A model generated the notes under the pieces. The model was not told where the DNA came from. It saw only the letters and a list, made by a program, of their open reading frames with translations, and did no database searches. Positions 1 to 9,592 of a stretch of 64,000 nt of DNA are shown in pieces; the stretch's first letter is position 1, and each line of letters begins with the position of its first letter. The stretch comes from Candidatus Eiseniibacteriota bacterium (GTDB lineage: Bacteria > Eisenbacteria > RBG-16-71-46): positions 800,001 through 864,000 of the forward strand of contig CAVUWA010000010.1 in NCBI GenBank assembly GCA_963744995.1, given 5' to 3'. Both the position numbers and the translations under genes were made by a program.

Positions 1-176
1 TCTACGCGGTGTGGGGCGCACGGGAGCACTTCCTCGATCTGCGCAACTCGCTCTACGAGGAAGTGAAACGCAGCTTCGCCGAACAGGGCGTCGAGATCCC
101 CTTCCCGCACCGCACGATCTACGCGGGCTCGGCGACGAAGCCGCTCCCCGTGCAGGTGACGGGGCCGACATCATGA
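1..176 (+). CDS. 3' end of a mechanosensitive ion channel (MscS family) gene, partial at window edge
   Basis: Frame 3 reads ...LYEEVKRSFAEQGVEIPFPHRTIY...TS*, a typical MscS C-terminus. TGA at 174-176 overlaps the next ATG (ATGA). Not in the ORF track. Confidence 0.8.
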   Translation, partial: YAVWGAREHFLDLRNSLYEEVKRSFAEQGVEIPFPHRTIYAGSATKPLPVQVTGPTS

Positions 177-2044
177 GCCGCCTCCGCCCGCGCCTCGCGG
201 CCGCCGGTCTCGCCGCGGCGTTCCTCGCGCTGCTCGTCCACGCGCTGCCGCTGCGCGCGCTCGCGGCTGCGGTAGCCGCGCCGGGCAGCACGTTCACCGA
301 CAGCGCCGGCCTGGATTCGGCACGGGCCGATTCGGCGCGGGCCGATTCGGCGCGCGGCGACTCGCCCGCCGACAGCGTGGCCACCGCGCCGGCGGCCATG
401 CAGGGCCCGCTGCTGCCCGACACCGCGGCGGCCGCCGCGCTGCTCGAGGTCGCCGGCGCCGCACAGGCCGAGACCACCGAGATCGCCCTCCCCACCGCCA
501 CCGTGCCGGTGTTCCTCGGCGGGCGCGAGCTGGTGCGGATCCGCAGCCCGCGCGAAGGGCTCGACCCCGCCGAGCGCGCCGCCGCGATCCGGCGCCGCCT
601 GAGCGCGGTCGTGGCGGATCGCAAGCTGGCTCCCGACTCGGTGAAGCTGGTGAGTTCCACCGACGGCGTCGAGCTGCGGCTCGGCACGGCGTTGCTCATG
701 GTGATCACCCCGGGCGATGCGCCCACCACGGATCCCAACGAACTCGGCCTGTGGCTCGCGAATCTGGCCGAGGACACGCGCGACGGCATCCGTCGCGAGC
801 GCAGCGGACGCACGCCGGTGCGGCTGCTGATCTCGGCCGGCCTCGCGGTGTTGTTCACGCTGATCGCGATCGCCCTGTTCCGCGTGCTCGTCATGCTGTC
901 GAAGCGCTGGCACCTCTGGCTGAGCGGCTACCTGCGCGAGCGGCTGCCGGCGATCCGGATCCGCAACTTCGAGGTGCTGTCGCGCTATCAGCTGTCGTCC
1001 GCGGTGCTCGCGGTGCTCGGCCGGCTCGACGTCGTGGTCGGGCTGTTGATGCTCTACGCGTACCTGACGTCGGTGTTCTCGCTGTTCCCCTATACGCAGG
1101 GCTGGGCCTACCTGCTGCTGCACTTCGCGACGACGCACCTGCGCGACTTCGTGTTGAACGTCGGGCGGGCGATCCCGGGTCTGATCGTCATCGTCGTGAT
1201 CTTCGGGTTCTTCCGCTGGCTCGCGCAGCTCTCGGACCGGTTCTTCGACGCGATCCGCGACGGCAATCTGGCATTTGCGGGATTCCACCCGGACCTGGCC
1301 CGCCCGAGCAAGCGCCTGGTGCGCATCCTGCTGTGGATCATCGCGCTGATGATCTCGTACCCGTACATCCCGGGCGCGCAGAGCAAGGCGGTGCAGGGCG
1401 TGTCGATCCTGCTCGGCCTCATGGTTTCGATCGGCTCCACGAGCGTCGTCGGCAACGTGCTCGCCGGCCTCGTGCTGACCTACTCGCGCTCGTTCCGCAC
1501 CGGCGAACGCGTGAGCGTCGGCGGTCACGTCGGTGACGTGATCACCCTCGGCTTCTTCGCCACCAAGATCCGCACCATCCGCAACGAAGAGGTCACGATC
1601 CCGAACGGCCAGGTGGCGACCGGCTCGATCATCAACTACACGCGCCTCGCCGACGGTCTCGGCCTCGTGCTGCACACCGAGGTCACGATCGGCTACGACG
1701 TCGACTGGCGAAAGGTGCACGCGCTGCTGGTCGAAGCCGCGAAACGGGTCGAGGGGATCGAACACGACCCCGAACCGTACGTGTTCCAGACCGCGCTCGA
1801 CGACTCCTACGTCAGCTACGAGATCAACGCGGTCACCCACGACTCCCATGCGCAGCGCCGGCTGTACTCGGATCTCCACGCGGCGATCCAGGACACGTTC
1901 AACGAAGCCGGCGTCGAAATCCTGTCGCCCGCCTTCTCCGCCCTGCGCGACGGCAACGAAGCGCGGATGCCGGACTCGCCGAAGGGCCCGCGGCCCGGGC
2001 CGGGCGCGTTCCGGGTGCGTCGAGACGAGGCGCCGAAGGGCTGA
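173..2044 (+). CDS. MscS-family mechanosensitive channel with large periplasmic N-terminal domain
   Basis: Signal-peptide-like MSRLRPRLAAAGLAAAFLALL, several TM helices, MscS core (GNVLAGLVL, GDVITLGFFATKIRTIRNEEVTIPNG, FNEAGVEILSP). Start placed at the ATGA overlap rather than GTG 11. Confidence 0.9.
   Translation: MSRLRPRLAAAGLAAAFLALLVHALPLRALAAAVAAPGSTFTDSAGLDSARADSARADSARGDSPADSVATAPAAMQGPLLPDTAAAAALLEVAGAAQAETTEIALPTATVPVFLGGRELVRIRSPREGLDPAERAAAIRRRLSAVVADRKLAPDSVKLVSSTDGVELRLGTALLMVITPGDAPTTDPNELGLWLANLAEDTRDGIRRERSGRTPVRLLISAGLAVLFTLIAIALFRVLVMLSKRWHLWLSGYLRERLPAIRIRNFEVLSRYQLSSAVLAVLGRLDVVVGLLMLYAYLTSVFSLFPYTQGWAYLLLHFATTHLRDFVLNVGRAIPGLIVIVVIFGFFRWLAQLSDRFFDAIRDGNLAFAGFHPDLARPSKRLVRILLWIIALMISYPYIPGAQSKAVQGVSILLGLMVSIGSTSVVGNVLAGLVLTYSRSFRTGERVSVGGHVGDVITLGFFATKIRTIRNEEVTIPNGQVATGSIINYTRLADGLGLVLHTEVTIGYDVDWRKVHALLVEAAKRVEGIEHDPEPYVFQTALDDSYVSYEINAVTHDSHAQRRLYSDLHAAIQDTFNEAGVEILSPAFSALRDGNEARMPDSPKGPRPGPGAFRVRRDEAPKG
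314..364 (+). repeat. In-frame 15-bp tandem repeat, about 3.4 copies, encoding (DSARA)n
   Basis: gattcggcacgggcc gattcggcgcgggcc gattcggcgcgcggc gactcg. Confidence 0.85.
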
Positions 2045-2092
2045 GCGTTCCGGGGCCGCCGGGTGTGCATCACCCCGGGCGCCGTGCCGCGC

Positions 2093-3001
2093 CTAGCGGC
2101 TCAGATCGTCGACCACTTCCTGCAGAAACCGTTCGGGGGTCAGGAATGCGCCGCCCCACTTCGCGTCGAGGTCGGCGAGCGGCCTGTCCTTCACGATCTG
2201 GTCCAGGGTCTCGCCGGCCACGACCAGCGGCTGGATGCGGCGCTCGACCTCGGCCAGCATGTCGCGGAACGCGCGCAGGTCCTCGCGGTTCCCGAGCGGC
2301 CCGTGCCCCGGCACGATCTTCGTCGTGCCGTCGGCGAGCAGCAGGCCGGACTCGGCGGCGCGGATCATGCCGTGCAACGACCCGCCCGCGCTGACGTCGA
2401 TGAGCGGATAGCCGCCGTTCCAGAAGCAGTCGCCCATGTGGATCACGTTGCGGTTCTCGAAGTGCACGATCACGTCGCCGTCGGTGTGCGCGTGCTCGAC
2501 GTGGAACACGTGGATGTCCTGGTCGTTCAGGTGGAAGTTCATGTTGTCGCTGAACGTGATCACCGGCAGCGCGTCCGCGGGGCTCGCCGGCGTCTTGCGG
2601 TCGAGCAGACGGTTGAACTGGTCTTCGCTCATGCGCGTGCGCACGTTGTCCTGCGCGATGATCCACGCGCCGCTCCGCGCGAAATTCTCGTTGCCCCCGG
2701 TGTGATCGCCGTGCCAGTGCGTGTTGATCACGAAGCGCACCGGCTGGTCGCCGAGCTTCTTCACCGCGGCCTGGATCTTCGCACTGAGCGGCGCGAACTG
2801 ATCGTCGATCAGGATCACGCCATCCGCGCCCACCGAAACGCCGATGTTGCCGCCCGCGCCTTCCAGCATGTAGACGCCTTCCGCGAGCGGGGTGGTCTTG
2901 ATCTGGACCTTGTCGAAGTCGGACTGGGCGTACGCGGGTGCGGCGCAGAGCGCGAGGGCGGCGACGGGCATCAGACGTCGGAACAGGGCGCGAAACGGCA
3001 T
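2093..3001 (-). CDS. Secreted MBL-fold metallo-hydrolase (cyclase/glyoxalase II-like)
   Basis: Signal peptide ending AYA-Q, THWHGDH motif, AHTDGD, HMGD, PGHG. Confidence 0.9.
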   Translation of the reverse strand: MPFRALFRRLMPVAALALCAAPAYAQSDFDKVQIKTTPLAEGVYMLEGAGGNIGVSVGADGVILIDDQFAPLSAKIQAAVKKLGDQPVRFVINTHWHGDHTGGNENFARSGAWIIAQDNVRTRMSEDQFNRLLDRKTPASPADALPVITFSDNMNFHLNDQDIHVFHVEHAHTDGDVIVHFENRNVIHMGDCFWNGGYPLIDVSAGGSLHGMIRAAESGLLLADGTTKIVPGHGPLGNREDLRAFRDMLAEVERRIQPLVVAGETLDQIVKDRPLADLDAKWGGAFLTPERFLQEVVDDLSR

Positions 3002-3133
3002 GGAGACCTCGTGCGTTCGGGGGGTGATGCCGGGCGCGGGCGGAGCGCCGGCTCAGAAAGGGTTCGCGGGCGCGAGGATAACCCCGCGCCTGCGCGATTT
3101 GAATTCAGGAGATGCCTGGATCCCGCGCAACCC

Positions 3134-3312
3134 GGCAGTGTCGGCGAACGGGCGCGCGGGGCAGAGCTCCCTTCAGGGGGGACACTGCGGCGCGGCCCTC
3201 GTGGCCGCGCTTTGTTTGTCGCGGCCGCGCCCGCCATCCATGGCTCCACAGCCGCGGCCGCTCGACCCCCCTTCAGGGACTCTGCCCCGCGCGCCCGTTC
3301 GCCGACACCGCC
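3134..3312. repeat. 179-bp intergenic element bounded by ~47-bp inverted repeats (MITE/REPIN-like)
   Basis: GTGTCGGCGAACGGGCGCGCGGGGCAGAG (3138-3166) is the exact reverse complement of 3280-3308. Arms extend imperfectly to 3134-3181 and 3266-3312. Confidence 0.8.
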
Positions 3313-4112
3313 TAGTCGCCGCGTCCCATCACGATGTCGCCGAGCCCGCCCAGCAGCGAGCCTTCGCCCTGGCGGCGCCCGCCGGTCTGCGGCGCGGCGG
3401 CGTAGATGCGGCCGGCCAGACGGCTGAACGGCAGCGACTGCAGCCACACCCGGCCGGGGCCGGTGAGCGTTGCGAAGAACAGACCTTCGCCCCCGAACAG
3501 CGCGCTCTTCACCCCGCCGACCATCTGGATGTCGTAGCTGACGCTCGGCTGCAGCGCGACCAGGCAGCCGGTGTCCACGCGCAGCGTCTCGCCGGCGTCG
3601 AGCGTCTTCTCTTCGAGCGTTCCACCCGCGTGCACGAAGCACCAGCCGTCGCCGGTCAGCCGCTGCATGATGAATCCTTCGCCGCCGAACAGGCCGACCC
3701 CGAAGCGCCGGTTGAACGCGATGCCGATGCTCACGCCCTTTGCCGCGCACAGGAACGAGTCCTTCTGGCACACGAGCTCGCCACCCACCTGGGCCAGGTG
3801 GATCGGCTGGATCTTGCCCGGGTACGGCGCGCCGAACGCGGCGACGCGCTTGCCGTTGCCTTCGTTGTGGAACACGGTCATGAACAGCGACTCACCGGTG
3901 ATCAGGCGCTTGCCCGCGCCGACCAGGGCACCGATGAAGCCTTTGTTCTGCTGCGAGCCGTCGCCGAAGATCGTGTCCATCTGGATGTCGCTCTCGACGT
4001 ACATCATCGCACCGGCCTCAGCGACCACGGCCTCCTGCGGATCCAGCTCGACCTTCACGAACTGCATGTCGTCGCCGACGATCTGATAATCGACTTCGTG
4101 CATCGCTGACAT
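3312..4112 (-). CDS. TIGR00266/AIM24 family protein
   Basis: GDDMQFVKVELDP, AEAGAM, GESLF, GGEGFIMQRL, FGGEGLF, LQSLPFSR. Purine-rich RBS upstream of ATG 4112. Confidence 0.92.
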   Translation of the reverse strand: MSAMHEVDYQIVGDDMQFVKVELDPQEAVVAEAGAMMYVESDIQMDTIFGDGSQQNKGFIGALVGAGKRLITGESLFMTVFHNEGNGKRVAAFGAPYPGKIQPIHLAQVGGELVCQKDSFLCAAKGVSIGIAFNRRFGVGLFGGEGFIMQRLTGDGWCFVHAGGTLEEKTLDAGETLRVDTGCLVALQPSVSYDIQMVGGVKSALFGGEGLFFATLTGPGRVWLQSLPFSRLAGRIYAAAPQTGGRRQGEGSLLGGLGDIVMGRGD

Positions 4113-4430
4113 GGAATCCTGTCCTTTCCTGCGCCGCGCCGGCAGCGTGGGCGAAGAGATGTCTCGATTCATTCGAATCACTCGTGCTCAGAATACGAAA
4201 TTCGCCCGGCGCATGTTGCGGAACCGGCGCCGGGCACGGTGGTTACCGCGGCGGGTGCCACGCGCCGGGCCCGGCCGTCGTCACCGGCCGGTGGCGCGCC
4301 GCCGCGACGCCCGTCGCGCCGTGAGGTCGCCCTCTGCCGTCGGCGGGACGCCCGTCTGCTACCTCCGTCTCATTGAGCCTGCGCGGGCCGCGGCGTAGCG
4401 TGGGTCGGCGCCTTCCAAAGGAGGCCGGCC

Positions 4431-5642
4431 ATGGCATTCGACCCGGCGACACGCGTCCAGGACTTCCTGGTCTTCGGCGAGTTCGGTGACGTCAATCCGT
4501 CGATCACCGACTCGTCCACCTTCACGTTTCTCACACCGGCAAGGATGGAAGAGGCCTTCGAGCACGACATGGAAGGCTGCTTCCTCTATTCCCGCCACTG
4601 GAATCCGACCAACAAGTCCCTCGCCGACGCGCTCGCGCGCATGGAAGACGGCGAGTCGGCGCAGGTCATGGCGTCCGGCATGGGCGCGATCTCGACCACG
4701 CTGCTCGCGCTGTGCTCGTCCGGTGACGAGATCGTCGCGAGCCGCACGATCTACGGTGGCACCTACGCGCTGCTCAAGAATCTCCTGCCGCGCTGGGGCA
4801 TCACCACGCGCTTCGTGGACACCGGCGACCACGAAGCAGTGCGCGCGGCGTTCACCGATCGCACGCGCGTCCTGTACGCGGAGAGCATCTCGAACCCTCT
4901 GCTGCAGGTCGCCGATCTGCCGGCGCTGGCCGCGATCGCCCACGGCCGCAGCGCCGTGCTCGTGGTCGACAACACCTTCAGCCCGATGGTGATCTCGCCG
5001 CTCCGTCACGGCGCCGACGTGGTCGTCCACAGCATGACCAAGTTCATCAACGGCACCAGCGACTGCGTCGCCGGCTGCGCGGTGTCGAGCCATGCATTCA
5101 TCGATCAGCTGAACGACGTGAACGGCGGAACCAGCATGCTGCTCGGACCGGTCCTCGACAGCCTGCGCGCGGCGAGCATCCTCAAGAACCTGCACAGCCT
5201 GCACATCCGCATGCGCCGGCACGGCAGGAACGCGCTGGCGCTGGCCGGGCGGCTGACGGCGCGCGGGTTGCCGGTGCACTATCCGGGGCTGCCGGGGCAT
5301 CCCGACTACGCGATCATGCAGCGCCTCGCGAATCCCGGCTACGGCTCGGGCGGCATGCTGACGCTCGACGTCGGCACGACGGAGAACGCCAACCGGCTGA
5401 TGACGCGCATGCAGGAAGCGCGCGTCGGGTATCTGGCGGTGAGCCTCGGCTATTTCAAGACGCTGTTCAGCGCGCCCGGCCACAGCACGTCGAGCGAGAT
5501 CCCGCACGACGAGCGCGAGGGCATGGGGATCTCCGACGGGCTGATCCGGTTCTCGATCGGGCTCGACAACGACATCGAGCGCACGGCCGACACGATCGAG
5601 CATTGTCTGGATCAGCTGGGGATCGCGACCGTGATGCGCTAG
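4431..5642 (+). CDS. Cys/Met metabolism PLP-dependent enzyme, probable methionine gamma-lyase
   Basis: YSRHWNPT, ASGMGAI, YGGT, VVDNTF, HSMTKFING (PLP Lys), LIRFSIGL. AAGGAGG RBS. Confidence 0.85.
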   Translation: MAFDPATRVQDFLVFGEFGDVNPSITDSSTFTFLTPARMEEAFEHDMEGCFLYSRHWNPTNKSLADALARMEDGESAQVMASGMGAISTTLLALCSSGDEIVASRTIYGGTYALLKNLLPRWGITTRFVDTGDHEAVRAAFTDRTRVLYAESISNPLLQVADLPALAAIAHGRSAVLVVDNTFSPMVISPLRHGADVVVHSMTKFINGTSDCVAGCAVSSHAFIDQLNDVNGGTSMLLGPVLDSLRAASILKNLHSLHIRMRRHGRNALALAGRLTARGLPVHYPGLPGHPDYAIMQRLANPGYGSGGMLTLDVGTTENANRLMTRMQEARVGYLAVSLGYFKTLFSAPGHSTSSEIPHDEREGMGISDGLIRFSIGLDNDIERTADTIEHCLDQLGIATVMR

Positions 5643-5748
5643 CCGAAGCTCGGAGCGCGGCGGTGGCCACGGACGGCCGCACGGGGCCGACGGACGCGCG
5701 CCCGCCGCCGCGCTGCAACACCGTGCCCTGCAGCCCCCGGATACGGCG

Positions 5749-6543
5749 CTATTCGTTCACGAGGCCGTGTTCGTGAACGAGCGCCTCGAAGCGCTCGAGG
5801 CCCTGCAGGTCCTCGGGACCGAAACGGTAGTGGAAGCGGCGCAGGTAGGCTTCGGTTTCGGCCGCCGTCCAGCCGGGCTCGGTCTGCTGGCGCGCCACCT
5901 CGGGCAGCGCGCCGAGCCCCGCGGCGAGCGAGCTGTCGAGAAAGCGGCTGAGGTCGGCGCGCACCTCGGGATCGAGGCTCGAGCGGGCCGCCCATACGGC
6001 GTAGACGAACGGCAGCCCGGTCCATTCCAGCCAGTCGGCGCCCAGGTCGAGCGTGTGCGTGAACCCCTCGGGTCGGTTGTTGCGCATGCGCATGGCGCTG
6101 TCGCCGATCATCAGCAGGCCCTGGGCCTGCGCGGGCTCGAGACCGCGCACGAAACGGACGCCCTCGAGCTCGCGGCGCACGTTGAGCAGGAGCTTCAGCA
6201 GCCGGATCGACGTGCTGGTCTCCGGGGTCACCGAGATCAGCGTGTTCTCGAGCGCGCCCGCCGGGCGGCGTGAGAACAGCAGCACCGACTGCACGTTGCC
6301 GCGCGCCGCGACGCCCATCGGCGGCTGCAGCATCTCGAAGCGGTCCTTCAAGCGCAGGTAGTCGCCCGCCGCCATGAGCCCGAGGTCCACGTGGCCCGCT
6401 TCGGCTTCACGGCCCAGCTCGCGCGGCACCAGGTTGCGCACCGCGAACGGGGCGTCGCTCCACAGCGCGTAGAACGGCGCGGCGTTCGCGTACGGAATCC
6501 GGGCTGCGACGGTGGACGTGGTCAGGCGAGGGAAGGCGCTCAT
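5749..6543 (-). CDS. mqnA: Chorismate dehydratase (futalosine pathway)
   Basis: IPYANAAPF, VQSVLLFS, TSTSIRLL, LMIGDSA, DLGADWLEWTGLPFVYAVW match the MqnA pattern. Confidence 0.85.
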   Translation of the reverse strand: MSAFPRLTTSTVAARIPYANAAPFYALWSDAPFAVRNLVPRELGREAEAGHVDLGLMAAGDYLRLKDRFEMLQPPMGVAARGNVQSVLLFSRRPAGALENTLISVTPETSTSIRLLKLLLNVRRELEGVRFVRGLEPAQAQGLLMIGDSAMRMRNNRPEGFTHTLDLGADWLEWTGLPFVYAVWAARSSLDPEVRADLSRFLDSSLAAGLGALPEVARQQTEPGWTAAETEAYLRRFHYRFGPEDLQGLERFEALVHEHGLVNE

Positions 6544-6791
6544 CGGGGCGAAAACTTACAACGATGCGGGGGGTGAGTCGAGCCGGGGCCAGGACGGGTC
6601 GCGGGCCCGCGGCCGGGCGCAGCGCCGGGGGCATTCGGGACGCACCGGCGCCCGACCGGGCGGCCCGGGGCAGGCCGCGTCCCCGGGGCGCGGGCCGGCG
6701 CCCGTTGCGATCCGGGCCGCTTCGGGCTATGTCTATGCGTCCGGCCGGGGTCCACCCGGCGCCCGCAACCTCCCGATCCGAGGAGCTTTCC

Positions 6792-8948
6792 CTGATCCCA
6801 CGTTCCATCCACCGGTTCGCCGCGGGCTGCTTCGCCGCCGGCCTCCTGGCCGGTGCCCTCGCGGGCTGCGGAGGAGGAAAGCCGGGTGCGGGCACGCAGG
6901 CGACGGCGGAGCCGGGAGCACCGATGGTGCTGCCCGAGCACTACGACCGCTCCATCGCCGCGCTCGGCTGGCCGGGCGCGAAACGTGCGTTCCAGATCGG
7001 CGACGGCAGCGTGGTGTTCGGAGGCGATGCGGCGCTCGAGTGGTCGGTGCCTGGCGCCGCGTTCGAAACCACGCCGGTCTATTTCGAACGGGACGGCGTG
7101 CCGGTCGCGCACTGGACCATGACCGGGCCCGAGAACCGGATCGACTTCGAGGCCGCGGCCGCGCCGCTCGACATGCTCGGCGACACGAGCCTCGTGCTCT
7201 CGGTGCGCGCGACGGTGACGCGCACCGCGGCGGGCACCGGTGCGTTCGCGTTCGAGGCCCGCGTGCGCGGACGGCCGGAGGGGCCGTACGCCGATCCCTG
7301 GGATGCGAAGATCCCGCGCATCACCGACGAGGGCTGGCAGAAGCACGGCGCCTATCGCGCCGACCGGCTGGTGGCCGTCGTGGACGACGCCGCGGGCGTG
7401 CCTGCGGGCGAACCGTCGCGTGGCGACCCGCAGCCCGTGGAAGGTGACAGCGCGGGGGCGTTGCGCGCGGTGTGCCGCGCGACGCTCGCGCGCGGCGAGC
7501 CGCGGCACTGGGACTTCGCGATGCCCGCCTACCCGGTGGACGCCGACGCCGCCGATCTGCGCAAGGCGGTGGATCACGAGGCGATCCTGGTCCGGGCGCG
7601 GCGCGCGTGGCGCGGCTGGATCGCCGACGCCGTCGACTTCGAGACGCCCGACACGCTGGTGAACGCCGCGTGGCGGGCCGCGCTGGTCACGCTCATCCAG
7701 TGTCAGGAGAAGAACGGCGACGACTGGGTGTCGATCGGTAATCCGTTCCAGTACCGCGACGTGTGGATTCGCGACGGCGCGCGCACGGTACGCGCCCTGG
7801 CCGTGGCCGGGCTCACCGAACGCGCGAAGGCGAACGCGTGGGCGTTGCGCCGCTTCCAGCTGCCGCCCGGCGCGTTCCTGTCGCAGCGCGGGCAGCTCGA
7901 CGGCACCGGCCAGGCGCTGTGGGCGTTCGAGCAGGTCGCGTCGATCCCGCCCGATCCCGGGACCGCAAAGCGCTATCTGCCCATGGCGTCGGAGGCGCTC
8001 GACTGGATCAGGCGTGAGCGACACGCCACGCGCCTCGTCGAACTGCGCTACGACGGCCTCCTCCCCTACGGCGACCCGCACGATGCGGAGCTGGTGCGCG
8101 CGCAGCTCGCCGGCAACGACGCCTGGGGGATCGCCGGGTGCCGCGCGGTGGTGACGCTCGCCCGCCGCGCGGGCGACGACGATCTCGCGCGCCGCGCGTG
8201 GGCGCAGTACGAGGACTATCGCGACGCGTTCTACGCCGCGCTGAAGAAGGCCTACCGCGACGACGTGCCGCCGAGCTGGCAGGGCGTCGGCCGCGACTGG
8301 GGCAACCTGGCCAGCGGCTACCCGACGTTCGTGGTGCCGTGGAACGACATCCGCATGCTGTTCCTGGCACGCCGCGCGTGGGCGCCGGCGCGCGGCCTCA
8401 TGCTCGTCAACTACGGCCCCGCGGATTCGATCCACACCTACCTCGGCGCCGATCTCGCGCAGTGGGCGCTGCTCGCCGGCCGCGCCAGCGTGGCGCGCGG
8501 CTACCTGAACGACCTGCTCGAGCACAGCAGCTCGACGCTGGGCCAGGCCGAGATCTTCGAGCGCCGGACCGGCGGCTTCGGCATCAACCTGCCGCCGCAT
8601 GCGACCGCCGCGGCCACGCTCATCGACCTGCTGCGCAACATGGTCGTGAACGATGCGCGCGATACGCTCGATATCGCGCTCGGCGGCGACCTCGCGTGGT
8701 GGAACGGCACGCGCTTCGCGAAGGCGCCGACCCGCTTCGGCACCGTGAACGTGGTCCTCGAGCGTCCCGAACCCGACGAGCTCTCGTGCGAGTGGGGCCC
8801 GGCCTCCGCCCCGGTGCGGATCCGCATTCCCGACGGCGCGATCGCGGTCGCGTCGCTGACCCCCGGGGCGCGGCTCGAGGGCGGACGCTGGCTCTACGCG
8901 CCGCCGGGCGTGACGCGCGCCGCGGTGCGCATCCGGGAGACGCGCTGA
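6792..8948 (+). CDS. Lipoprotein with six-hairpin glycosidase-like domain (glucoamylase/trehalase/rhamnosidase-like)
   Basis: Lipobox LAGC, FQYRDVWIRDG motif, GQLDGTGQALW, PPHATAAA, C-terminal APTRFG. Start uncertain: CTG 6792 follows AGGAG; ATG 6729 is in frame. Confidence 0.65.
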   Translation: MIPRSIHRFAAGCFAAGLLAGALAGCGGGKPGAGTQATAEPGAPMVLPEHYDRSIAALGWPGAKRAFQIGDGSVVFGGDAALEWSVPGAAFETTPVYFERDGVPVAHWTMTGPENRIDFEAAAAPLDMLGDTSLVLSVRATVTRTAAGTGAFAFEARVRGRPEGPYADPWDAKIPRITDEGWQKHGAYRADRLVAVVDDAAGVPAGEPSRGDPQPVEGDSAGALRAVCRATLARGEPRHWDFAMPAYPVDADAADLRKAVDHEAILVRARRAWRGWIADAVDFETPDTLVNAAWRAALVTLIQCQEKNGDDWVSIGNPFQYRDVWIRDGARTVRALAVAGLTERAKANAWALRRFQLPPGAFLSQRGQLDGTGQALWAFEQVASIPPDPGTAKRYLPMASEALDWIRRERHATRLVELRYDGLLPYGDPHDAELVRAQLAGNDAWGIAGCRAVVTLARRAGDDDLARRAWAQYEDYRDAFYAALKKAYRDDVPPSWQGVGRDWGNLASGYPTFVVPWNDIRMLFLARRAWAPARGLMLVNYGPADSIHTYLGADLAQWALLAGRASVARGYLNDLLEHSSSTLGQAEIFERRTGGFGINLPPHATAAATLIDLLRNMVVNDARDTLDIALGGDLAWWNGTRFAKAPTRFGTVNVVLERPEPDELSCEWGPASAPVRIRIPDGAIAVASLTPGARLEGGRWLYAPPGVTRAAVRIRETR

Positions 8949-9589
8949 TGGCGCGCCGCAGACGCAGCCGCTGGCCGCGCGGGAGCCGGTACTCGACCCG
9001 CCGCAGCCGCCGTCGCAGCGGTCCCGGCTGGGGTGCGGTGATCACCGTGGCAGTGCTGATCGCGGCCGGCCTCTGGTTCATTCCGCGCATCCAGAAGAGC
9101 TACGAGCGCGCGACGAACGAGCAGGCGCCGGAAGGAGCGCAGACTCTGGCCGACAGCACCGACGCCGCGACGCAGCGCGGCGACTGGGACGCCGCGCTGA
9201 CGTTCGCCGTGGACCTCGGGAAGGCCGCGCCCAACCTGTCGGGTGCACAGCTCAAGCTCGCCATCGCCTGGCACAATTACGCGACCGGCATGCGCACCGT
9301 GCATGGCGAGCCGCGCTCGGTCGCGCGCACGAGCGTGAACAGGATCGAGTGCGAGATCCGCGCGCTCGCCGCCGCCGACTCGGCGCGCTCGCTCGCGGCG
9401 AACGAGGACGAGTGGATCGCCGCCGCCGAGATCTACGGCAAGACCCTCGAATACCTGGGTCTCCCGGCGGACGCGATCAGCATCTACTCGCAGATCCTGC
9501 AGCGGAAGCCGGATGACCAGCCCGCGCAGGCGCGCGCGGACTGGCTGCGCGAGCACCTGAAGAACCCCCTGCTCCCGGACCAGCTCTAG
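8948..9589 (+). CDS. Membrane-anchored TPR-like protein
   Basis: TGATG overlap with the upstream gene. Arg-rich N-terminus, one TM helix, helical repeats (DAISIYSQILQRKPDDQPA). Confidence 0.7.
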   Translation: MARRRRSRWPRGSRYSTRRSRRRSGPGWGAVITVAVLIAAGLWFIPRIQKSYERATNEQAPEGAQTLADSTDAATQRGDWDAALTFAVDLGKAAPNLSGAQLKLAIAWHNYATGMRTVHGEPRSVARTSVNRIECEIRALAAADSARSLAANEDEWIAAAEIYGKTLEYLGLPADAISIYSQILQRKPDDQPAQARADWLREHLKNPLLPDQL

Positions 9590-9592
9590 GTC

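Noticed and set aside
2093..3001. Metallo-beta-lactamase resistance gene
   Set aside because: The motifs fit the widespread cyclase-like MBL-fold hydrolases, and there is no mobile context.
4200..4430. SAM riboswitch or T-box upstream of the methionine gamma-lyase-like gene
   Set aside because: GC-rich stems are present but no SAM-I core or T-box motif; such pairing is expected at this GC content.
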